A DNA stretch of 64,000 nt from the human T2T-CHM13v2.0 reference genome, Homo sapiens (GCF_009914755.1 NC_060930.1), one strand, 5' to 3'; positions 27,415-40,123 are shown, numbered from the stretch's first letter. Numbers and translations: made by a program. The notes: generated by a model not told the origin, from the letters alone.

Positions 27415-27630
27415 ATGGTTTCGAATTCTAGCTTACACTCTGAGTAGTAGTTCTCTTTCTTCAGATCTTTCATGAACTATGATCACACATTTAAAATAAG
27501 ATTCATAATTATTCTCTGAGCTTCAGTGTTCATGTCTTGGGAATATTAATAACACTCATAGGGATATGGAAAGAATTGAATGAGAACTATTTAGTTACTT
27601 AAATGTTAGTGAGCCCCCAATAAATGGTTG
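27415..27630 (+). mobile_element. MIR
   Basis: ctctgagcttcagtgttc...aataacactcataggg...gaattgaatgaga...caataaatggttg. Confidence 0.55.
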
Positions 27631-27670
27631 TTTAAAAAAGTAACAAAATTCCAATTGAAAAATTAAAGAC

Positions 27671-28460
<790 letters not shown>

Positions 28461-28473
28461 ACCCCATTGGTAA

Positions 28474-28507
28474 TCTTTCTTTCTTTCTTTCTCTTTCTTT
28501 CTTTCTT

Positions 28508-28540
<33 letters not shown>

Positions 28541-28570
28541 TTTTCTTTCTTTCCTTCTTTCTTTTCTTTC
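28474..28570. repeat. (TTTC)n polypyrimidine microsatellite
   Basis: Read directly. Confidence 0.95.
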
Positions 28571-29029
28571 TGGACCATGTAATAGTTCTTATATTGTTCA
28601 CTAGTACCCAGTTTCCCTCTACTTTCAGGCTTAAGGGAAGGTTACACTTTCACACTCGAACATACACACGGACTATGATTTTCTCTGGCCAATTAAATAA
28701 GTGCAATTGATAGAGATAGAGATCTCACATTTGTACATTATTTGTAGTTCTTGATTCTCTACCATCCTTTACCCATACCATGATAACAAGTCATATTCCC
28801 GAAGAAGGAGCCAATTGAGGATGATGTATTTCAGAAAATTTTTCCTTGACAAGTTATAAGTGACCAATTTAGTCATAATGATGTTCACAATTTTTATTAG
28901 GGGAAAAAAGCATCAATTAGCCATGGCTTGAATTTTGATTCTAAAATCACAAACGTTCTTCATAGTACTGAGTCCCTTAAAATGTTGTTCATTATTTATA
29001 CCTGAAAAGCAATAATCCATACATGTGGT

Positions 29030-29190
29030 CTTGGAAAGTTATCCATTGTTGATGAGCTTTTTCTCATCTGTAAAATTGGGATAATAATAATTAGGGAATT
29101 AATTTCACTAGTTTTGTATGAGGACTAAATGAGTTGATGCATGTAGAAAACAGAATAGTGACTGATTCATTGTTGGCACTCAGCTAATAA
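29030..29190 (+). mobile_element. MIR
   Basis: ttctcatctgtaaaattgggataataata...gaggactaaatgag core. Confidence 0.65.
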
Positions 29191-29481
29191 AGCCCTCTGG
29201 TTCTTATATTTTAGATTTTTTAATATATTTCCTTTGTTCCTTATATTTTGGACTTCCTCAGAAAAAAAATTCCATCTTCTTCTCTCATGGGCTACCCACT
29301 CTAGCTTCATCTCACCTTCTCAAAGGACATTATTTATCACATATTTGTTGACACTTGAATCATCATCCCTAGCTTAGATTTCTTTCCTAAAGTACAGACC
29401 CATGGTAAACATCATACTAGGCATCTCAACTCAGAAATTTCAAACCAAACTAAACTGTAACCTTGCTTCTGTAAAACCATC

Positions 29482-29875
29482 TGCGTTGGTTAATACTGAG
29501 TGTTAACTTGATTGGATTGAAGGACACAAAGTATTCATTCTGGGTGTGTCTGTGAGGGTGTTGCCAAAGGAGGTTAACGTTTGAGTCAGTGGGCTGGGAA
29601 AGGCAGACCCACCCTTAATCTGAGTGGACACAATCAAATCAGCTTAGAGTGCAGCAGAATATAAGGAGGCAGAAAAATGGGAAAGGGGAGACTGACCTAG
29701 CTTCCCAGCCTACATCTTTCTCCTGTGCTGGATGCTTCCTGCCCTTGAACATCGGACTCCAAGTTCTTCAGTTTTGGAATTGGACTGGCTCTCCTTGCTC
29801 CTCAGCCTGAAGATGGCCTATTGTGGGACCTATATTCCATTAGTTCTGTCCCTGTAGAGAACCCTGACTAATATA
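29482..29875 (+). mobile_element. MLT2A-type 5' LTR of a HERV-L provirus, with internal deletion
   Basis: tggttaatactgagtgttaacttgattggattgaagga...ctgggtgtgtctgtgagggtgttgccaaagg ... gagaaccctgactaata. Confidence 0.92.
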
Positions 29876-31811
29876 GATTTTGGTAACAGGAGTGGTTCTA
29901 GAGGAAGAGGAACAGAATATTAAGGATGAAGTTCTTTCGTTGGTTTTGGGGTTTCTGGAGTTGGCTGCATAATATGATTAGATCAAAAAATGCTAAGGAC
30001 TCTACTTCTAATAGTGTGGAGAACACTGAGTCCTTGGCATGAACTGTTTAGAGAGTTATGCAAAATAAATGCATTTGACATTCCTGATACATGCTCATGA
30101 GAGGCAAGGAGTTTAGTGACTCTATACATAATACCTTTGACCATATGTGGAGAACCAAGGAACCTTTGACCATACGTAGAGAATATAATGAAGCTCCTTG
30201 GTTGCTCCTAAGTTCAGTGGGCAAAGTGATGAATGAAATCGAGGATTCTATCTCCTGGCTTCAGAAGCAGATATCAAGCCTCAGATCTGCTAAGATTGCC
30301 CTGAGTCTCCTGTACAGAAAGAGCTGAAATTGTGGAAAAATAGACACAAGCTCTTATCATGTGAGTGGCTGACCTGCAACAAAAGGTACATGCACACCCT
30401 TGCCAGGTGTCTACTGTTAAAGTGAGGGTATTGACTGGAAAAGAATGGGACCCTGCAACTTGGAATGAGGACGAGTGGGAGGACCCTGAAGAAGCTGGAG
30501 ACACTGAGTTTCGAAACTCTCATGAACCTTTTTTGTTTTTTTGCCAGAAGAAACAGCTTCCCCATCCCCAGTAGTGACAACATCCCCTCCTCAACCCATG
30601 CTGCCATCAGCCTTTCCACCTTTGTCTGAGGAGATAAACCCTGCGCTGCCTGAGGCAACGGTGATGGCCTCCCCTGAGGCGGTTGCCAGGCAAGATAATG
30701 TTGATTCTGCTCAGGAGCCACCCCCAACACCCCTGTGTGCTTCTAGACCTACAACTAGACAAAAGTCCTGGTGGGGCGCTAGAGGTGAGGTTGAGAGTGT
30801 GACCCATGAGGAGATGCACTACACGGGAAAAGAACTGCTTGAGTTCTCTAATTTATATAAAGAGAAATCTGGAGAACAGGCATGGGAATGGATATTAAGG
30901 GTGTGGGATAATGGTGGAAGGAACATACAGTTGGATCAGCCTGAATTTGTTGATTTGGGCCCACTAAGTAGGAACTCTGCATTTAATGTTGCAGTTCGGG
31001 GAGTTAAAAAAGGTTCTAAGAGTTTATTTGCTTGGTTAGGTGAAATATAGATTAAAAGATGGCCCACTGTGAGCAAGTTGGAAATGCCTGATCTTCCTTG
31101 GTTTAATGTAAAGGAAAAGATCCAAAGGCTTAGGGAGATTGGGATGGTGGAGTGGATTAGTCACTTTAGACCTACTCATCCCAGCTGGGAGGGTCCAGAA
31201 GATATACCCTTGACCAATGCCTTGCAAAATAGATTTATGAGGGCAGCACCTGCATCTCTGAAGAGCCCTGTAATTGCGCTTTTCTGTATGTCAGATCTAA
31301 CGAGGGAACCACTGTCACTCAACTACAAAATTTAAATGTAGTAGGAATAATTGGATCCTGAGGTGGCAGGGGCCAAGTGGCAGCACTGAACATCAAAGCA
31401 AAGGTGGGCGTAGCTACCATAATGGACAGCAGAGGCAAAGAGGCAATCAGAATAATCTGATGTGTGTAGAGCTCTGGCATTGGCTAATTAATCACAGTGT
31501 TCCTAGAAGTGAATTTGATAGGAAGCCTACTGCATTCCTACTTAAATTATACAAACAGAAAACTTCTAGGTCGAATGGGCAAAAGACTAATTTGAGTTAT
31601 AAAAAATAGAGAATCATGGCCCTTCAATCAATTTCCAGACTTGAGCCAGTTTACAGACCCAGAACCCCTTGAATGAAGGGGAGGCCAGGACTCCTTGTGG
31701 AAGGACCCCACTACATTACCGACAATTCATGCAGTGAATCTTTCTCCCATCCTTCCCCAAGGAGACCTCTAGCCTTTTACCAGGGTAACTGTGCATTGTG
31801 GAAAGGGAAAT
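29876..31811 (+). mobile_element. HERV-L internal region: tRNA-Leu-like PBS (29881-29895) and decayed gag
   Basis: gattttggtaacaggagtgg directly after the LTR. Gag-like peptides GKEWDPATWNEDEWEDP, KSGEQAWEWILRVWDNGGRNI.LDQ.EF.DLG, MPDLPWFNV..IQRLREIGMVEWI. Confidence 0.92.
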
Positions 31812-31844
31812 GTTCTGTCCCTGTGGAGAACCCTGAATAATGTG
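31812..31844 (+). mobile_element. Last 33 bp or so of the 3' MLT2A LTR
   Basis: gttctgtccctgtggagaaccctgaataat repeats the 5' LTR end gttctgtccctgtagagaaccctgactaat. Confidence 0.8.
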
Positions 31845-32149
31845 CTATTCTTCTACCTATGTTCTGTGTTTTTTATTTTAATGAATTTTCTGAATGTGTT
31901 TTAATCAATTTCACCACCATCCATTCTGATGCTTATGTTAGAAATCTGGATACTTTCCTTATCTTGTACCTTTCTTATTTTCTACAATTTATCAACCATA
32001 CATCCTACACCTACCATATGCTAAAATTCTCTTGAATATGTGTCTTCCATTCACAGAGGCAGGCATCCTCTCTCTTATATTATTGTTTTAGCTTCCTAAC
32101 TGGTCTCCCTGCCTCTGTTTGAATTGATTATCTATGCTATAATTAGAAT

Positions 32150-32380
32150 ATTTTAATGGCTGTATTCAGGTATGATTGATGATTTTAAGTGTACAGCGCT
32201 ATGATTTTAATACATTTATAGATCTGTGCAACCATTATCATAATCCAGTTTTAGAACCTTTTCATCACCCGAAAATGTTCCTCTTGTCATTTGTCATTGA
32301 GTAGGCAGTGTTATGCCTACTTATCTCTCTAGGAAAACACTGATCTGCTTTCTTTTTTTTCTAAATTTTTCTTTGCTTAT
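32150..32380 (-). mobile_element. Ancient L1M 3' end
   Basis: ttttaagtgtacagc...tgtgcaaccattatcataatccagttttagaacc.tttcatcaccc. Confidence 0.7.
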
Positions 32381-33039
32381 TATTAAAGTGTTCATTATTC
32401 TGTGCTCCTGAACACATTAACCCTTTATTAATCTTTTCCTGTTATACATCCCTATCTACCTTAATGAAGAGAAGACTTCATATTCTCTCTGGATCTTATA
32501 TTATCACCTACTCAATATGGTATTCAAATTAATAGTCCTAAGTTCTACTCCTATTCTTAGTTCTACTTCCTGAAACTTATTTCAGCTAAATCCTGAATTG
32601 TTACTAAAGAGTTTTTGCTGATGCCAAAGTTCATCAGCTAAAGTTGTAATGTCTCATAGAGAGTTCAAGATATTCTCAACTTTCTTCACATCAGTGGATC
32701 AGGAAAGAAAAGTCCTAAGCATGATAAGCCTACATTCATCAGAATAGCATGTCGGTAGGAAGGCTCTTTCCTTACCTGATCACTTTCCCTGACCTTCAAT
32801 CTCTTCCAGAGGTATAGTTGAAAACTGTAACTGCTACAGAACAGACATAGTGATACAGCTAGCATCTCCCAGGAGCTGAACTCTCCTTAAAAAATGACAT
32901 TTACACATATTTAAGCAGATTTTAACAGAAAAATATGACACCATTTCTGGTTGCTTTCCTTTATGAATCCATATACATGAATAATTCTACTGACAGCCAT
33001 TTTATATGCATAAAATAAGAAATTTGTGTGTGTGGATAG

Positions 33040-33490
33040 GAATTTTAAAAGTAGACATATATAGAAAAGAGACCAAAGACTGAGCTCAAAGGCACTTGAA
33101 CATTAAGAGTTAAGGGAGATCAGAGAAGAGCTACCAAAAAAGATGAGAGAAAAATACAACCACTACAGTATAAAGAAATCAGGAAGGCATAATATTGCAG
33201 AATTCTAAGAAAGGATTTTAAAAAGTAGGTAGTGTTTAACTGTGCCAAATAGTACCTAGTATTCAAATAATATGAGGACTGAGGATTGACCATAAAATCT
33301 GGCAACCTGAGTATCATTGGTAACCATGACACACCTTATATACCCCTTAGCCTAAATTACCTTATCTGCAAAATAGAGATGATCACAGCATCCATCTCAT
33401 GGAGCAATGTGGAAGATTAAATAAGAGATTAATACATGTAAGCACCTGGTATAGCGCCAGCTCAGTAATGAGCAGCTGGTGTTTTTATTA
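33040..33490. mobile_element. L2 fragment (minus, to about 33330) followed by MIR (plus)
   Basis: gaggactgaggattgacc...ggcaacctgagtatcattggtaacc (L2); ccttatctgcaaaatagagatgat...gaagattaaataaga (MIR). Confidence 0.55.
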
Positions 33491-36034
33491 CAAAAGATTG
33501 AGATCAGTCTGGATCATAGACCTTTGGATATTTTATTATTGAACACAAGATGTCTGACAACATTGTGAGAATTTGGTTGAAGCAGAGTCTAGTATGAATG
33601 GAAAATACAGAAATGATTTTACCTCAGGAGAAAAGCTGAAATCAGAACCAATGAAGAGAATAGCTTGGATAGGGTGGTTCTCAGCCTTGGATAACAATTG
33701 AGAAAACACGTCTTACATGACTTTGTGTTTTATCCTATTTCACAACTGGTAATTGCATACTTTTAAGACATTAATTACAACTTTTAAAAGCATTTGATAA
33801 CAACAACAAACTTTTATTAAGGACAAATGGTATGTAAAGTTTAGTGATCTGAATGAGCGTAATGTCACAAGTCAGAATAATATTGGTATCTTTTCAGTTA
33901 CACTAAAAAAAACAAATATTTATTCCTTTTATATATTGTGTGACTTCATAATTTTATAATCAGCCTTTTTAATTTTGTGTGCACCTTCATAAATAACAGT
34001 GGATTTATTATACATTTCTTGTGGCCTTTAATGTACAGTTTGATTCTTGTTTGTCTAATTTTGTAGTCAACAGCCTTCTGATTTTATAGAATTCTCTCTT
34101 ATTTTGTTCTCATGAGATCTAAAATCGTCTGTGTAATTGGCTTGTGGTAAATATCTCAAAGGAGACCAATGGTAAATATCTCAAATGAGAGCATTAGAGA
34201 TATTTTAACCTCTTACAAAGAGGCTAAAAGCAACTTGTCCTATTAGAAGTGTATCTTAATTAAGTATTGCTTAGAAAGTTTCTAAGACATCATGATTATA
34301 CTGAAGTTAGATTCTGGACAAAGTGTATGAGAAAGTTTACGGCTATAAAAGGTTTGCTGAGAGTTTTTCCTTAAATAACGCATGCATGAATCTTTTCTTT
34401 GTCTATGAATTTTTAAAGTATTTATGGGCCCTCCGGTCTCTTAAATTTAAAGTTCATTTTCACTTTCTACTCTCTTCTATTTCTAAGACAAATCTTTTTC
34501 TTCTTACGTTTTTTACTTTTCAAAGTTTGGGAAAAAATACTGATTTTTGGAAGCCTATTTTATTGCATTCTTTCATAGCCATCTTGTGCTCATTTTCTGT
34601 CCTAATATTTATCCAGGAAAATTTGGTTTGGGAAGCAAAGCATAAATATATTTATTGATGTAGGTCTGATATCAATGAAAACATCACCGAAGATTAAAAG
34701 TAATGGTTAACTTGCAAGGAACTGGGGAATTGTAGCAAAACTTATTTGCTCAAATATATAGCTTATGTGTTATCAATTTATTTTTAGGCAAGGTTTTATT
34801 CTAAAATAAATTCACAATTGACAAATATAGTAATGGAAAATTCAGACAAATCTGTTTCAAAACTGCATAGCCAACTGGAACTTATCTCCTCTACTTTTCT
34901 TCAACTGCTCTTTTGATTTTTTTTTTTAAAGAAAAACTGAAGGTAATAAGCTCAAGGAAAGGAACATAAATATCTAGTGAGCCCACACTCAATTTTAGTG
35001 ATTACAGGCACTAAAATTTCTATAGAGATTATAGGAAGTTGGCAATTCAAATGCTCTCACTTAATACATACTGTGCAATGAACTGATCATTTTTCTGTTA
35101 TTGCTATCATTTCAAACAGGAATTTCCATGTAGTGGACATTTTAGTAAATGAAAACTATTCTAATTTTCTTAAAGGCCAGAAATCTAGTGCAAAATAATT
35201 TAGTCCAAATTTGCTCAAGCTTTTTGCTAATCTATTGAGAAAATAAATAAATTTTATAAATTCACATTTTTTTCTGCTAAAAAAGTAATACTCAGTAACA
35301 CCGAAAATATGACATCACATATTTGGTGGTATTTTTGTTCTTGACACTATAGATAAGGAGTGGGGGACAGTATTAGCTAATGTTTTTCATCATTGCCCCC
35401 AGGTGAGAACATTCTCAGTTGTTAAAAAGTTCAGAGAGGGCCAAAATTTTAGTTTCTTCACATATTTCCAATTGAAAGTGTACTTCAATCATGCCATAAT
35501 GAAAACCATGTTCTTTAGCCATAAATTATCCAGAGAAAATCAGTATTTTATTATTAGTATGAAGACTTGTTCATTGTTTCTTGAAATTTCCCTAAAATCA
35601 GGTGATATTTGCGAATATTTTAGTTTAACCAATTCCTTTTCATTTAAAACTCAATTATACCAACTCAGCTATCCAGATAGAAGTATCAACACAGTACATG
35701 TCATGCCTAGAGCAAAACTAAAATTCAGATCACTCCTCTCCCATTCCAGAAGCACAAAAAGAGCTTGTAAATATTCCGTACATGCCATTGGGCACAGATT
35801 TGTACCTTCGAGGTTTCAGCTATAACTCAAGTTTGGCTAACTTTCAACCCAGCACTTCCTTTATTCATCCTTTGCCCTCTTCTCCCGTCTTTTTCACTTC
35901 TTTAGTTGTCTGTTTATAGCCCATGCCATTTACTAGACAACAGACCTCTGGCAACTCAAAAACCATGATTTATTAATCTGTACATGTCTTACTCTAAGGA
36001 AAGCTCAAATAGCTACCAAAAAAATGCTAACATT

Positions 36035-36322
36035 GGCTAGGTGCAGTGGCTCATGCCTGTAATCCCAGCACTTTGGGAGGCCCAGGTGGGTGGATCACAA
36101 GGTCAGGAGTTCAAGACCAGCCTGGCCAAGATGGTGAAACCCATCTCTACTAAAAATACAAAAATTACCTGGACGTGGTGGGGGGTGCCTGTAATCCCAG
36201 CTACGTGGGAGGCTGAGGCAGAGAATTGCTTGAACCCGGGAGGCAGAGGTTGCAGCGAGCCAAGATCACGCCATTGCACTCCAGCCTAGGCAACAGAGTG
36301 AGAATTCATTAAAAAAAAAAAA
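36035..36322 (+). mobile_element. AluS (Sx4/Sg-like), antisense to THEMIS; hosts the cassette exon
   Basis: Full dimer with ggccaagatgg and gaggcagagaattg variants; degraded TSD aaaa(t)gctaa(c/a)att. Confidence 0.95.
36169..36285 (-). CDS. THEMIS: Alu-derived alternative THEMIS cassette exon, 117 nt, phase 0-0, 39 aa ([39 protein letters not shown])
   Basis: Acceptor T12-AATGAATTCTCACTCTGTTGCCTAG|GCTGG; donor GTCCAG|gtaatt. No stop codon and phase matches the end of exon 4. 39 aa equals the difference between the 641- and 680-aa THEMIS isoform lengths as I recall them. Confidence 0.85.
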
Positions 36323-36400
36323 GCTAAAATTGTATCTCACAGTCAAAAAAGCTAAAATTGTATCTCACAGTCAAAAAAGCTAAAATTGTATCTCACAGTC
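36317..36400. repeat. Perfect 28-bp tandem triplication (aaaaaagctaaaattgtatctcacagtc)x3
   Basis: gctaaaattg recurs at 36323, 36351 and 36379. Confidence 0.97.
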
Positions 36401-39285
36401 AAAATTTGTCAATTTTTTAAAGGAAGTTCAAAAGTTTCCTTTATTTCTCTTATTTTCAGATTCAAAAACCCAATATTTAAATATGTCCGTATTCTATCTT
36501 CATTGTGTTGGGTCTTTGAAAAACTCTCTAACAGTAATCTTCCCTATTCAGAGGGAAATCAGTACTACAGCTTCTATATTACACGAAAAGGACCTACCAT
36601 GAGTAGAAAGGTGTGAGTGTTCAGAAGCTCAGAGTCAGCTACAAATTCAAACACTCTTAATGTATTTATACTACATCAGGTTAACAAAAACAAAAACAAG
36701 TCACATTGTTTGTGACCAAACCCTATTGATAACAAACAAGTGGGTATAATACTACTCTCTAATGATCTAGATTTAGCCCAGTAACGTGGATTTCTCTAAC
36801 ACATTTCAGCCACTGTAACTGTCAAACCAGATCAGAAGTGACAATTTAGCACCAGCAGCAGCTGCTGAAGTGTTCTCTGTGCACTCCCCAGGAACCATTG
36901 CTTTCCTTCTGCCTTTTTCAGCCCTCACTCTAATTCTGGTGCAGGATTTTTTTCTGCTCATTTCACAGTACCTTGCCATTACTGCCTCCCTTGCTCTTTG
37001 CCTTAATGTCTCCTATGGGTGTTCTTGTCCGACAGAAATCTAGAAACTCAGGCAGCAAAGTGGACACTTGGGCATTAAATGGCCAAACAGAGTTAGTGAA
37101 ATACAAGATTTCTGGTCCCAGCTGCAGTCTCTGAAGACATGGAATATCTCATCTTTCAACCAAAGGTTTGTTTTCTGTCTTGTTATAGACCCTTTCATCA
37201 GAATACAGAAGTTGCATTTCTCCTGTGTGGCACTCAGGAGTCGTAGCTATATATATCCACGACAGGCAAAAACCCCAGTGAGTATATGTTCTTCTGAACT
37301 ATCTGAAACCACTTCTAACATACAAACCAACCTTCAAGGAAGGAGAATCTACCTGACAACATTTCTATTTAGAACACAATTTCAGGCCCAGCTTCATTTA
37401 TTTAGTCACTTTATAATATTGTTTCCATCAGATTAAAATTCAGATGCACAGATCCTAAAGACATTATTTCTGCATTATGTCATAAACCTAAAGAAAATTT
37501 TGAGGATTCCCCTGGCCTATTCCCACTCCTTTGTTTAGATTCCATACATTATCCTTATAAACAGTTAACTAACACATTTAAAGAACAACTATAATATTAT
37601 TTCACATAAAATCTCATAGGTCTTGAAGTAGGCTATAATCCTGTTGGTAACCATACCCCCACTCGTGTCCCTGCCCAAACTGAAATTATAATTCTAAAGT
37701 TTCTACACCAATCTATTTTTTTTTCTTTTTAGGTATTGCTAAAGCTGGAGAACAGTTGCCAATCTTACCTTGGAAAACAATTCTTTCTATTTCTCCTAGT
37801 TCCTGTAACCTGTCCTCATATATTCTTAATTTCCAAACATTTTAGATGAGCTTGTAGTGTTCATAACCAACCGCAGATACCTGCTATAGGTTAATTTGGC
37901 TAATGCAGGGTGAATTTTAGATTCTTACTCTTAGATTGCCCATACATCTGTCTGTTACTTAATGCAAGAAATGATTTCGTAAAGTTAATGATCCATTGGG
38001 AAGGCAAAAGTAAATTCATATAATGAAGCATCTAGGACTCTTCTCTGTGCATGTAAAACCACATTTTAATGAGCTAAATGAGTTTGAATATTTAAACTCT
38101 GAATAACTCTTACTATTTGTTATCCAAATTTAAAGCAATATTCCATATATAATCCATAATCTTAGAGGCTGTTTTTTAATGGCTGATTCCTACCTATGAA
38201 GTATAAAAAATGTTCTTCAAAAGCACACATGATAGAAGAGACTTCATGTAAATATCAAAAGAAACATAAAAGGAATATATGAAAGGATGACTTTGTGAGA
38301 ATAAGAAATATTTGCAAAATTTTTGGAGTAGATTATGAAGAAACTGAAAGAGCTTCTGTTTACATTCTATAAACAATGTATTAAGCAGATTCCTGCCTTC
38401 ATGGTAAAAAATAATCGCTGAAAATAAGGAGGTTAGTAGGTCTAAATACAGGTGAATTGTAGCATCCTCTGACATTTTAAAGTGATTTCAGAGAAAATAT
38501 AATGCTTTATCTATCACACTAGAATTAAAGGAACTATTCATAAACAAAGAACTGTAGACTCTTCTCAACTGTCTGATAAATTCTCAACCAAAGCAGGGAT
38601 TCCCTGACAATATCACTGACATGATTTCCTATCTTCTACTATAAACATTTTGGGGAGAAGAAACCTGTTCCAACATATTACACCAAATTTGTCCTCCCTT
38701 TAACTTTCACCCAGTGTTGAAGATGTCATAATGGAATATAAGTCTGCACTCTGCCACAAAGCAACTATTTAAATGTATAAAATAACTAATATCATCTAGT
38801 ATCAAGTCTTCCAATTTTAGATTATCACTCAATGTCTTCAACTATTCCTCAAATGAAAATGGCTCCAGAACCTCTTAACATCTTTAACAGCTCCTTACAA
38901 ACTCCAGTTAAAAGTCTCTAGAGTGAGACTCAGAATTGAACACCAAGACTCCATGTGGGGTCTGACCAGTAAAAAAACAGCTAGGAATTATTAAGTATCT
39001 GGAATCCTACATGTACAGGTTTAGTCAAAGATTTCATTCACTTCAGTTTAGTAGTCTAGGCGTAATGTTGTTCTGTGAGTTTCTCTCCTAATAAAACACT
39101 TAGATCATTTTCATTTAATGCCTGGCAAAGGACAATTTTTAAAAATTTTAACCTTTTTTTTTCCCTATGAGTGCTTTCTTTCTGATGGTAGTGGACATCT
39201 ATTATTTGTATCTCCATATCTTCACATCCTGCAATTCTGTATTGCTAGATACTAGAGGCAACCACACCTCATTCTCCTCCCAACT

Positions 39286-39652
39286 GCTATGGTTTAAATA
39301 TTTTATTCCCTCCAAAATTCATATGCTGGAAACTTAATCACCAACACAACATTGTTGGAAGGTGGGTCCTAATGAGATGTGTTTTTATTATGTGGGCAGA
39401 GCCCTCATTAATGGATTAATGCTGCTAAGAAAAGGGCTTGGGGAAAGAGTTCCCCCACTTCTGCTTTGTGACAACACAACATTCCTTCTCTCCAGTAAAT
39501 GGAACAATAAGAGGCCATCTCAGAACCAGAGATGGAGCCTGCTGGCATTTTGATCTTGGACTTTCCAGCCTCCAGAGCTCTAAAACAATAAATTTCTGTT
39601 CTTTATGAATTACTGAGTCTGTGGTATTATGTTATAATAGCGCAAACAGATA
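39286..39652 (+). mobile_element. MST-family (MaLR) LTR, probably nested in an older MLT1 LTR (about 39190-39990)
   Basis: tgctatggtttaaata...ccctccaaaattcatatgctggaaacttaatc...gatcttggactttccagcctccaga...aataaatttctgttctt. Confidence 0.8.
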
Positions 39653-39989
39653 CCCTCCAATCGTGCCTCTAGTTGGAGTAAGCAATAAATTAGTTGAGTC
39701 AGGAGATGGGCATTAATCCAATCAAGGCCCTTTCATTTTTAAATTTTGAGCCAAAGAGATTATCTTCTTCTCTAGGGATGAAAAAATGAGACGTGAGATG
39801 CAGGAACTCTTAGCAGTAGGCTGGAAAAAAAAAAAAACTGAGAAAGTTTGCCTGGGAAAAGAAAGCCAATATGTAATGAAAAGTAAAAACAACTTAGGCT
39901 GTTTTCAAGATCCTGGTTCCAATTATTCCTGAAGCTTAGCTGTACCCTTAAGTGCTCTATGGGTACATGTGCTAATAAATTCATTTAAA

Positions 39990-40040
39990 GCAAAAACAAA
40001 CAAACAACAACAAAAAAAACCAACAACAACAACAACAAAA
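39990..40040. repeat. (CAAA)n/(CAA)n simple repeat
   Basis: Read directly. Confidence 0.85.
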
Positions 40041-40123
40041 AGTTTCCAGCAAAACAGGTAGTGACTTGCATATAGATTTGACTGTCTATGGTTTTTAAGT
40101 ATTCCTCCTTCTCAACTTGATGT

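Noticed and set aside
34145-34194. 25-bp tandem duplication (also 14-bp x2 at 6943-6970 and about 29-bp x2 at 30133-30183)
   Set aside because: Ordinary slippage duplications with no evidence of function.
35403-35825. 140-aa ORF in non-repeat sequence (also 34323..34658 and 37068..37436)
   Set aside because: Non-ATG starts, composition typical of AT-rich noncoding DNA, antisense to THEMIS and no recognisable domain.
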